This document shows, piece after piece, positions 37,552 through 45,763 of a stretch of DNA of 64,000 nt (the stretch's first letter is position 1; each line of letters starts with the position of its first letter). The position numbers and the translations under genes were made by a program. Below the pieces are notes generated by a model. That model searched no databases. It was not told the DNA's origin and saw only the letters and a list, made by a program, of their open reading frames with translations. This stretch comes from Oceanispirochaeta sp. (GTDB lineage: Bacteria; Spirochaetota; Spirochaetia; DSM-2461): contig CAXXOA010000001.1 of the NCBI GenBank assembly GCA_963666275.2, forward strand, positions 2,528,001-2,592,000, given 5' to 3'.

Positions 37552-39078
37552 ATGGCGATTCCTCTTTTAAGAATCAACCATATCAGCAAATCATTTCCAG
37601 GAGTCAAAGCACTGGACAATGTTTCTTTCGATGTAGAAAAAGGAACCGTTCATGCGGTAATGGGTGAGAACGGAGCCGGAAAATCCACGTTAATGAAATG
37701 CATATTCGGTCTGTATACGGCGGATGAAGGAAATATTCAGTTAAATGGTGACATATGCGATTTTGAAAGCACAAAAGATGCTCTGAACGGAGGTATATCG
37801 ATGATCCATCAGGAACTTCAGAATATACCTTCTCAAAATGTCATGGAAAACATCTGGATCGGCAGAATACCCTACAGGAAGAAATCCGGAGTTTTACGAT
37901 GGGTAGATGAAAATCAAATGTACAATAATACTTTAACGCTATTTAAAGACTTGCACCTTTCCATCAACCCTAAATCCATGGTGAAAGACCTGAATGTATC
38001 CACCTGTCAGCTGCTGGAAATTGCCAGAGCCGTCTCATACAATGCGAAACTCATCATCATGGATGAACCCACCTCTTCATTAACAGACAAAGAAGCTGAA
38101 ATCCTGTTTGCCATTATTGAAATGCTGATAAACAAAGGCGTTTCCATACTGTATATCTCCCATAAACTGGAAGAGGTCATGCAGATTTCCCAAAAAGTCA
38201 CAGTCTTGAGAGACGGAAATCTGGTAGGTACATTTGAAACAGACAAGATAGATTCAGACTATCTGATAAAAAGTATGGTGGGCAGAGAAATCACCGACAG
38301 ATTTCCCGATAAATTCCCTCATCAGGAGATTGGAGATGTCAAACTGAAAGTATACCAGCTGGAGTCGGGAATACCGGGATCTTTTTCTGATATCAGTTTT
38401 GACCTCCATCGGGGAGAGATCCTCGGGATCGGGGGGCTGGTCGGAGCACAGAGAACAGAACTGATGGAAACAGTCTTCGGGTTACGTCCGCTGAAATCAG
38501 GAAAAATCGAAATCGACGGAAAGCCTGTTGTAATTCAAAATCCCCAGGATGCGATTCTTCATAAAATAGGATTGTTGACGGAAGAGAGGGCTGCAACAGG
38601 AATATTCGGAAAACTCTCAGTGACAGACAATTTCCTTGTAGTAAACCAGAGATACAATAAAAAACGATACATAAAACACGGCCTTTTCCTGAGCAATTCC
38701 CAAAGGATCAAAGACAGCGGTGAATATTCCCGGAATCTCACCGTCAAAACTCCGACCCTGGAAACCCCCATCAGTTCCCTTTCCGGAGGAAACCAGCAGA
38801 AGGTTCTCCTGGGACGCTGGCTTATGATGGATCCGGAGATCTTGATTCTCGATGAACCGACAAGAGGTATCGACGTAGGCGCCAAGTATGAAATCTATAT
38901 GATCATGCGCCGGCTCACCTCTGAAGGCAAGTCCATAATCATGATCAGCAGCGAAATGCCCGAGCTCATGGGTATGTCTGACCGGATCATGGTCATGTGC
39001 GATGGTCAGCTGTCAGGCATTATTGAAGGCAAATCGGCAACAGATGAAAAAATCATGCAGCTCGCCAGTAATTATTAA
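37552..39078 (+). CDS. Sugar ABC transporter ATPase (CUT2, MglA-like)
   Basis: GENGAGKST, DEPTSSL, LSGGNQQK, DEPTRGIDVGAK. Confidence 0.93.
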   Translation: MAIPLLRINHISKSFPGVKALDNVSFDVEKGTVHAVMGENGAGKSTLMKCIFGLYTADEGNIQLNGDICDFESTKDALNGGISMIHQELQNIPSQNVMENIWIGRIPYRKKSGVLRWVDENQMYNNTLTLFKDLHLSINPKSMVKDLNVSTCQLLEIARAVSYNAKLIIMDEPTSSLTDKEAEILFAIIEMLINKGVSILYISHKLEEVMQISQKVTVLRDGNLVGTFETDKIDSDYLIKSMVGREITDRFPDKFPHQEIGDVKLKVYQLESGIPGSFSDISFDLHRGEILGIGGLVGAQRTELMETVFGLRPLKSGKIEIDGKPVVIQNPQDAILHKIGLLTEERAATGIFGKLSVTDNFLVVNQRYNKKRYIKHGLFLSNSQRIKDSGEYSRNLTVKTPTLETPISSLSGGNQQKVLLGRWLMMDPEILILDEPTRGIDVGAKYEIYMIMRRLTSEGKSIIMISSEMPELMGMSDRIMVMCDGQLSGIIEGKSATDEKIMQLASNY

Positions 39079-39090
39079 TAGAGGAAGACA

Positions 39091-40110
39091 ATGGAATTAA
39101 CCGGTAAAATACAAATCAATAAGAATGGGATATCAAAGATTTTAATTGATAATATCCTTTATCTTGTGCTGTTAATTATGTTTGCAGTACTTATCATCAT
39201 ATCACCATCGTTTCTGTCATGGATTGTGATCCGTGATATTCTGATGCAAAGTTCAACAAGATTGATAATTGCCTTGGGATGTATGTTCATCCTTATTGTG
39301 GGGGGGGCGGATCTCAGTGGAGGACGGGTTGTCGGATTTGCTGCTGTCATGGCAGGTTCATTAGCTCAGTCCAGTACTTTCTATAACAAATTCTATCCCA
39401 ATCTGCCGGAACTGCCGGTTATCCTTCCGGTTCTGATCGCCGTGGGAATCGGTTTACTTTCCGGTTTTATAAACGGAAATATTGTGGCGAAACTGGACGT
39501 CAACCCTTTTATAGCAACATTGGGAATAGCTTTGGTCGTTTATGGATTCAACTGTCTCTATTTCAATCTCCCGCCTAATAACTCACAACCCCTGGGAGGG
39601 TTCACAAAAGCATATTCTGCCCTGGGTGGCGGATCATCACTGGGAATTCCCAATATAATTCTTATTGCTGCGGCCTGTACGATACTTGTGTTTATCTTCC
39701 AAAGAAAAACTTGTCTCGGTAAAGAACTTTTTTCGGTCGGAGGGAATAAAGAAGCATCCAGAGTCTCCGGGATCAATGTCAATAAAATCCTGATATTAGC
39801 TTACTCTCTTGCGGGAGGCCTTTACGGACTCGGAGGAGTTCTCGAATCGGCAAGAACCGGAAGTGCAACGAGCACCTACGGTGCCGGTTATGAAATGGAT
39901 GCCATAGCGTCCTGTGTCGTTGGAGGCTGTTCTCTCATGGGGGGAGTCGGCTCCGTCCCCGGGGTTGTCGTCGGAGTCCTTATCTTTAACGTTATCAGTT
40001 ATGGACTGACTTTCATCGGCATCAGTTCTTACTGGCAGAATGTGTTCAAGGGTGTTATCATCATATGTGCCGTAGCACTTGATGTGAAAAAGAACAGGAA
40101 AAGTCATTAA
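39091..40110 (+). CDS. Sugar ABC transporter permease (MglC-like)
   Basis: GGADLSGGR, PFIATLG, VGGNKEASRVSGI, YEMDAIASCVVGG. Confidence 0.92.
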   Translation: MELTGKIQINKNGISKILIDNILYLVLLIMFAVLIIISPSFLSWIVIRDILMQSSTRLIIALGCMFILIVGGADLSGGRVVGFAAVMAGSLAQSSTFYNKFYPNLPELPVILPVLIAVGIGLLSGFINGNIVAKLDVNPFIATLGIALVVYGFNCLYFNLPPNNSQPLGGFTKAYSALGGGSSLGIPNIILIAAACTILVFIFQRKTCLGKELFSVGGNKEASRVSGINVNKILILAYSLAGGLYGLGGVLESARTGSATSTYGAGYEMDAIASCVVGGCSLMGGVGSVPGVVVGVLIFNVISYGLTFIGISSYWQNVFKGVIIICAVALDVKKNRKSH

Positions 40111-40143
40111 TCCTTTATGCCTGACCTGGTGAAGGTAACAAAT

Positions 40144-41106
40144 ATGAAACAGACAAATATCAAATTCATCCTTTATTGCCTTTGCCTTGTTTTGGCATTT
40201 TTCCAGATATCCTGTAACGGTAAAAAAGAGATACCCCAATCGGTATCTGCCAGAAATGAAGAAAATCCTTTTGATCAGTACCGAGTGTCCTGTATTATAC
40301 CTCACAAAGATGACGGATCCTACTGGCTGGGAATTGTCAATGGCCTAATGAAAGGGGCTCAAGATTTTAATATCGACGTCAAGATGAGTTATCCCAGCCT
40401 GAACTATGACAATGATCAGATGATCGATCTTGTCAGAATGGCGACTTCCGCCAGAGTAGATGCCATCGTCATCCCGGGCTCCGAATCTGAGGGGTATCAG
40501 GATATTCTGCAAACAGCACAGGACAGGGGAATTCCGATTGTTCTGGTCGATACGGATATGGAGACTTTCAAACCCCCTTTGTATGTCGGGAGCGATAATT
40601 TTCATGCCGGTGAAATAATCGGAGAAAAACTCTCCTCCTACTCAGATCAGAAAGCTGTCATCGGCGTGATCAGCGGTGGAAAAGAGTTTTATAATCTGGA
40701 ACAGCGGCTAGAGGGTCTGAAATCAGCGATCAGCCGGTATCCTCAGATGCGAATTAAAACAGTGGATTACGATCGTTTTGACTACCTTCTGATCCAGAAC
40801 TCCTATCGGAAATACATTCAGGATCAGGAAATTGATACCATCATATGCCTTGAGGGAACGGGTGCAATGGCTATAAGCGCCCTGATTGATAAAAAACCTC
40901 CCGTAAATATCATAGCTTTTGACGATTCCAAAGAAGGTCTGGAAGCAATTAAAACGGGCCTTTTTGACGGCCTTGTCGTTCAGGATAATTATTATATGGG
41001 ATATTGTGCCATAATTGAACTGGATAATCTGAGGAGAACAGGAGAGTTCTCATCAGACAAAGTCATTACAGCTCTGAGGTATCTGGATGCCGGTCCGAAA
41101 GAGTAA
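40144..41106 (+). CDS. Periplasmic sugar-binding lipoprotein (probable sensor partner of the two-component system)
   Basis: Lipobox QISC; Peripla_BP motifs YVGSDNFHAG, IIAFD, QDNYYMGY. Confidence 0.85.
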   Translation: MKQTNIKFILYCLCLVLAFFQISCNGKKEIPQSVSARNEENPFDQYRVSCIIPHKDDGSYWLGIVNGLMKGAQDFNIDVKMSYPSLNYDNDQMIDLVRMATSARVDAIVIPGSESEGYQDILQTAQDRGIPIVLVDTDMETFKPPLYVGSDNFHAGEIIGEKLSSYSDQKAVIGVISGGKEFYNLEQRLEGLKSAISRYPQMRIKTVDYDRFDYLLIQNSYRKYIQDQEIDTIICLEGTGAMAISALIDKKPPVNIIAFDDSKEGLEAIKTGLFDGLVVQDNYYMGYCAIIELDNLRRTGEFSSDKVITALRYLDAGPKE

Positions 41107-41119
41107 AAACTACATTTCC

Positions 41120-42586
41120 ATGGTGAAAAAATCCCTTTTGAGCGTAGTCGTGATTCTGCTGATGGCCGGATCAATTGCTTTGTCCATGCACAATAACAAA
41201 CAGATATACAATCAGTTTTACACCATGATCGACTCCCAGATTGATATAATTGATTTTTCCATAAAGCTGGAATCTATAAATAACCGATTGTCTTTAGGAT
41301 ACATGTATCAGAGATTCGATCAGCTGGAAGGGATTTCCGAATCGATCGAAGAAGCCAGACAGTTCAATGAACTGCTGAAAATGGGAACCATTGAAGCCTC
41401 CCGATCGGTCGTTGACTACTACAATATGGTTGAAACCTATCTGGATGAGTGCAGTCAACTCGCAGTATTGATAGATCAGACGAAAAATGAAATCAGGCAA
41501 ATCGGAATCTATCCACAATCCGAAGCTCTCCTGACGCAGTTTGAAACCGTCCAGTACATAATTTCCTATATTAATATCAGTTTCAAATCGGTTTTCTCTG
41601 AAGAAGTGACCAGAATCCGCTCGATAGAAGTGGAAATATCTCATCAGCATAAAAGGATCTATACAGTAATCATCCTTCTGCTGGCTCTGGCCAGCCTGAT
41701 TTCTTTCTTCTATGTCAAATCCATTTTTAAAACGGCCATGCAGCTGAAGACCATGACAGGTTTCGCCAGTCAAATCAGAAACAACCCCTATTCCAAGGAA
41801 GAGATAGAGATACAATCCAATGATGAACTGGCCCTGTTTGCCCTGGCTTTTGACGAGATGATTAGAACGATTCAAAAGCAGATGGTGGAAATAGAAGACA
41901 ATGCACAGATCAGGGAGCGGCTGAAAAATGCCGAGATTGAACGACTTGAAATGAACGGAGCCCTCCAGACAAGCCACCTGCAGCTCCTCCAGTCCCGGAT
42001 CAATCCCCACTTTCTGTTCAATACCCTTAATATGATAAAATCCACGGCAGCATCCGAAGGAGCCACGGCTTCATACGATTTAATTGAGACCACATCCGCC
42101 CTGCTCCATTACAATTTAACAAAGCTCTCAACTCCCGTTCTTGTATCTGAAGAAATTGAGAGTGTAAGAAACTATATCTCTTTACAGGAAAAGCGTTTCG
42201 GTAACCGGATTTCCTACATTCTGAATATCGATTCAATAAACATTGAACAGTTTATCCCTGCGATAATTCTGCAGCCCCTTGTAGAAAATGCCATCACCCA
42301 CGGACTGAAAGACGTCTCCAGGGGGGGAAAAATCATCATATCCGTCAAAATGGAAGAAAATCGCCTTATTCTTATCATCATTGACAACGGAGAAGGATTT
42401 GATGATAAAAAAAAGCAGCAGATTCTCAGGGAATGTCAAAGTAAAAATATAATCTCTCACATAGGATTACGAAATGTGTACCAGAGACTCTTTTACTTCT
42501 TTCAGGGAGATATAGATATTATTCTTGAAAGCAATCAGGAAGAGACCAGGATTGGTTTCTCTCTTCCTGTAAAGGGATCACTATGA
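41120..42586 (+). CDS. Sensor histidine kinase (YesM/LytS-like)
   Basis: Two TMs, HAMP-like SNDELALF, LQSRINPHFLFNTLN, LQPLVENAITHG, DNGEG, HIGLRNV. Confidence 0.93.
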   Translation: MVKKSLLSVVVILLMAGSIALSMHNNKQIYNQFYTMIDSQIDIIDFSIKLESINNRLSLGYMYQRFDQLEGISESIEEARQFNELLKMGTIEASRSVVDYYNMVETYLDECSQLAVLIDQTKNEIRQIGIYPQSEALLTQFETVQYIISYINISFKSVFSEEVTRIRSIEVEISHQHKRIYTVIILLLALASLISFFYVKSIFKTAMQLKTMTGFASQIRNNPYSKEEIEIQSNDELALFALAFDEMIRTIQKQMVEIEDNAQIRERLKNAEIERLEMNGALQTSHLQLLQSRINPHFLFNTLNMIKSTAASEGATASYDLIETTSALLHYNLTKLSTPVLVSEEIESVRNYISLQEKRFGNRISYILNIDSINIEQFIPAIILQPLVENAITHGLKDVSRGGKIIISVKMEENRLILIIIDNGEGFDDKKKQQILRECQSKNIISHIGLRNVYQRLFYFFQGDIDIILESNQEETRIGFSLPVKGSL

Positions 42587-44121
42587 TAACACTGGTGACC
42601 GCAGATGATGAAGAAATTGCCAGAAAATCCCTGGATTTTCTGATCATGACAGAACTGACTGAAGCAAATCTTGTTGCTTCAGCCAGCAATGGAGCCGAAC
42701 TCATCAGCATCGTGGAGCAATACCATCCGGATATTGCCATTGTTGATATAAATATGCCGGTCATAAACGGGATCGATGCGATTCAGTTCCTCCAGAACAG
42801 AGGCTGTAAAACCAAGTTCATCCTGCATACAGCCTATGACGACTTTTCCTATGTGCAGCAGGCCATTGATCTGAAAGTCAGCGGATACCTTCTCAAGTCC
42901 GATAAAAGGCAGAAAACCATCGCTACTATCAAAAAGATAATGGAAGATGTAAATCTTTATCAAAATGAACAGGAGAATCTCAAACATTTAATGGATGTGG
43001 ATCAACAGATGATTCCCATTATGGAAAATGAGATTCTCTACTCCATCTATCTGGATATGCCAGCTGTTGAAACTTTCAGAACCTACTGCCAACTGCAGAA
43101 ACTCAATTTCTCCGGTATGTATATGGTTAATATCATACCGACGAAAGCCACCGAGACCATTTATTCCTCCCTCTTAACCAGAGATATTTTTCATAAGGCT
43201 GCCGTCACCGACATAATGGGCAGAGTCTGCCGGTTTATGCTAACCCTCTCCCTGTCCGGATGCAGCTTTATGGTATTAGTTCCAGAAGCTATGAAGGATA
43301 ATCCGAATGAATGGATTTTCACGGTACTCAGCGCGTTCAAAGAGAGCTGCAACGAAACCTTCTGTATTGATTTCATCATAGGTGTCAGTCAATTCTGTCG
43401 GGATTTTCACAACATAGGAAAAGCCTATAAGCAGTGTATCGGGGTGCTGCAGAAAACAGCAGACAGCGGAATATTCCTGCACTCCTCAGAACCGGAGTCC
43501 TTTGAAAATACCACGGAATCCGTTATTGCCAGTGAGCTGCTCCACGGATTGAAACGGGGAATTGAAGCTGAAATGATGCAGGTGGCACATAAATACGGCA
43601 GCCGGGAGGGAGAACTTTCCAATGACCGGATCTTTAATGAAATATGCCGAGGTGCCAAAGACTGCCCGGAGATCTCAAGCGGCCTCTGCATCAGTATAAT
43701 GAAAAACAGAGGCCGGATAAAACATACGGAAGGCATCCGGGAGCTGGTTCAGATTTTTATTGATATTCTGGAGCAGTTTAACGGATGTCGGGCCGGTTCA
43801 CACAATCCCTATGCGGTCAAAGCATACGACTATATCAAGACCCATGCCTATCAGGAAATTTCCCTGAATATTGTAGCCGATGTAATAGGCATAAGTCCTT
43901 TTTATCTGAGCCGTCTGATAAAACAGGAGTTCGATGTCACATTTATCAATCTTCTGATGGAATTTCGTATGGCAAAGGCAATTGAACTGGTGAAAAATAC
44001 CCGCTCCCAGGTGAATGAAATAGCCAGGGCGACAGGATATGCGAATACGGCCTATTTCTGCAAAGTTTTCAAACGGTTTACAGGAAAATCCATTAGCGAA
44101 TACAGACAGGAAATACTTTAA
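42583..44121 (+). CDS. Response regulator with AraC HTH (YesN-like)
   Basis: ADDE, DINMP, YLLK receiver; C-terminal YLSRLIKQ...YFCKVFKRFTG. Confidence 0.93.
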   Translation: MITLVTADDEEIARKSLDFLIMTELTEANLVASASNGAELISIVEQYHPDIAIVDINMPVINGIDAIQFLQNRGCKTKFILHTAYDDFSYVQQAIDLKVSGYLLKSDKRQKTIATIKKIMEDVNLYQNEQENLKHLMDVDQQMIPIMENEILYSIYLDMPAVETFRTYCQLQKLNFSGMYMVNIIPTKATETIYSSLLTRDIFHKAAVTDIMGRVCRFMLTLSLSGCSFMVLVPEAMKDNPNEWIFTVLSAFKESCNETFCIDFIIGVSQFCRDFHNIGKAYKQCIGVLQKTADSGIFLHSSEPESFENTTESVIASELLHGLKRGIEAEMMQVAHKYGSREGELSNDRIFNEICRGAKDCPEISSGLCISIMKNRGRIKHTEGIRELVQIFIDILEQFNGCRAGSHNPYAVKAYDYIKTHAYQEISLNIVADVIGISPFYLSRLIKQEFDVTFINLLMEFRMAKAIELVKNTRSQVNEIARATGYANTAYFCKVFKRFTGKSISEYRQEIL

Positions 44122-44136
44122 AAAAACTGAGGATAA

Positions 44137-45195
44137 ATGATGCTTGACTATAATGAATGCCTGATTGAGTTGAAAAAAGAAGTTGTAAAAACGGAGCAAG
44201 ACGGCTTAAGCATTGTTATCAAGCCTGTGCCTGAAACGGAAAAGGAGGGAGCCCTGGATCCCAGGCAGGTCCTCTGGTCGGAAAAATGCAGAAAAAGTTT
44301 TCCTGTATCAATCAAAGACAACTGTAAGGCGACAATCGATGAGATTATTTCGCTGCGTCAGTCCATGGGTTGCAAAAATCAGGACCTCAGCAGCAGTATA
44401 ACAGCAACAGAGGCAGTTTTTGACGGCGTGAAAGTTGAGATCTATCAGGCGAAGGATCTGCCTCCCAATAGTCCTGTAGCCGTTTATATCCACGGAGGTG
44501 GATTCATCGGGGGAACGGTGGCAGTTGTTCGCAATAGCTGCAAACTTCTGGCAGAACGGTCTGCTTGCAAAGTGATCAGTATTGATTATTCCTTAGCTCC
44601 CGAGCATCCTTTTCCCGAGGGATTGAACGAATGTTACAGAGTCATTGAATACATTTTCCAGAATCATAAAGCCTTGGGTATGGATAGTACACGCCTGGTT
44701 GTTCTGGGAGACAGTGCTGGTGCCAATCTGGCTGCAGCCTGCTGTCTGAAAGACACGCAGAGAAGGATTCGGCTGCAGGTTCTTCTCTATCCACTAATGG
44801 ATGTGAATCCTGATCAGCCGGATTGGTCTGATAAGAATTACGTAATTCAAGAGAATCCTGAAATGGCAAAGTATATGATCTACGAACTTCAGGAGCTCAT
44901 TAAAGTCAGCTCATACTCCTATATCAACAATCAAGATGACTTTTTGGCCCCCCTTGCCTCTCCTTCCAGGAGTGTGGATCCTTCCGTATTTCCAACAACG
45001 TTGATTGTATCTCCCGAATATGATTATCTGAGAAGCCAGGCGGAGGATTTTGCCCGTCAGCTTTCCGAAAACGGTGTGGATGCAGTTCTTTTCCGATACA
45101 AAGGGATGGCCCACGCTTTTTTTGAACATCCCGGAGAGTTCCCTCAAGCGGAAGATTGTATAAATGAGATTGCAGCAGCGATCATGGCTATATAA
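44137..45195 (+). CDS. Alpha/beta hydrolase (HSL/Aes-like esterase)
   Basis: YIHGGGF, GDSAG, EYDYL, MAHAF. Confidence 0.93.
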   Translation: MMLDYNECLIELKKEVVKTEQDGLSIVIKPVPETEKEGALDPRQVLWSEKCRKSFPVSIKDNCKATIDEIISLRQSMGCKNQDLSSSITATEAVFDGVKVEIYQAKDLPPNSPVAVYIHGGGFIGGTVAVVRNSCKLLAERSACKVISIDYSLAPEHPFPEGLNECYRVIEYIFQNHKALGMDSTRLVVLGDSAGANLAAACCLKDTQRRIRLQVLLYPLMDVNPDQPDWSDKNYVIQENPEMAKYMIYELQELIKVSSYSYINNQDDFLAPLASPSRSVDPSVFPTTLIVSPEYDYLRSQAEDFARQLSENGVDAVLFRYKGMAHAFFEHPGEFPQAEDCINEIAAAIMAI

Positions 45196-45261
45196 ATTAA
45201 GCTAGAAACCCGGAGAAAGAATCCAGGAGTTCCCGGAAACAATAAAATGATAATACCGAAT

Positions 45262-45543
45262 GGTTCAAGTCCCTTCGCCGGGGACTGGTTATAAACAAAA
45301 AAAAAGCAACCCCGAAGGATTGCTTTAAATGTTAGTGGCGAAGGGACATTGCCTTTTCTACCCCGAACATCGTGTTCGAGGTAGAAAAGCCGCCTCCAGC
45401 TGCTGGCGACGGACGTTCTGTCCGTCTTACGCTCCAGGTATTCGCGCGCAGCTTCCGGGGTTCAAGTCCCTTCGCCGGGGACTGGTTATAAGCAAAAAAA
45501 AGCAACCCCGAAGGATTGCTTTAAATGTTAGTGGCGAAGGGAC
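45262..45543. repeat. tRNA-linked direct repeat (45262-45347 and 45459-45543) containing the tRNA 3' end, its terminator and an inverted tRNA fragment
   Basis: ~86-bp near-identical copies 197 bp apart. Confidence 0.92.
45494..45523 (-). terminator. Intrinsic terminator of the tRNA (duplicated at ~45297-45327)
   Basis: Minus strand AAAGCAATCC-TTCG-GGGTTGCTTT followed by a T-run. Confidence 0.85.
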
Positions 45544-45601
45544 TTGAACCCCTGACCGACCGGATATGAGCCGATTGCTCTACCAACTGAGCTACGCCAC
45601 C
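45529..45601 (-). tRNA. tRNA with CAT anticodon, most likely elongator Met (CCA not encoded)
   Basis: GGTGGCGTAGCTCAGTTGGTAGAGCAATCGGCTCATATCCGGTCGGTCAGGGGTTCAAGTCCCTTCGCCACTA folds as a cloverleaf; lacks the C1:A72 and 3GC pairs of fMet; G4:C69 argues against Ile2. Confidence 0.93.
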
Positions 45602-45679
45602 ATGCGATTGCCTGCGTAATATACCTTGAACCATAAAAAAGTGTCAACAGGATTTCTGAAAAAAATCTTTTTTAAATAA

Positions 45680-45725
45680 TCTCTCCCCTCTCCTCCTGGG
45701 AGAGGGGCCGGGGGAGAGGGTTGGT
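45680..45725. repeat. REP-like CCCCTCTCC...GGGAGAGGGGCCGGGGGAGAGGG element
   Basis: Same family as the elements at ~34340-34380 and ~34432-34458. Confidence 0.8.
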
Positions 45726-45763
45726 TCAGGACAGGATTCTCCTATTAAATAGAGAAAAACTCC

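Noticed and set aside
45262..45347. Second tRNA gene, or a simple attR of a prophage
   Set aside because: Only 15-19-nt tRNA fragments in both orientations; no cloverleaf, integrase or phage genes
45329..45547. 72-aa ORF
   Set aside because: Lies in tRNA-derived repeats and overlaps the tRNA antisense
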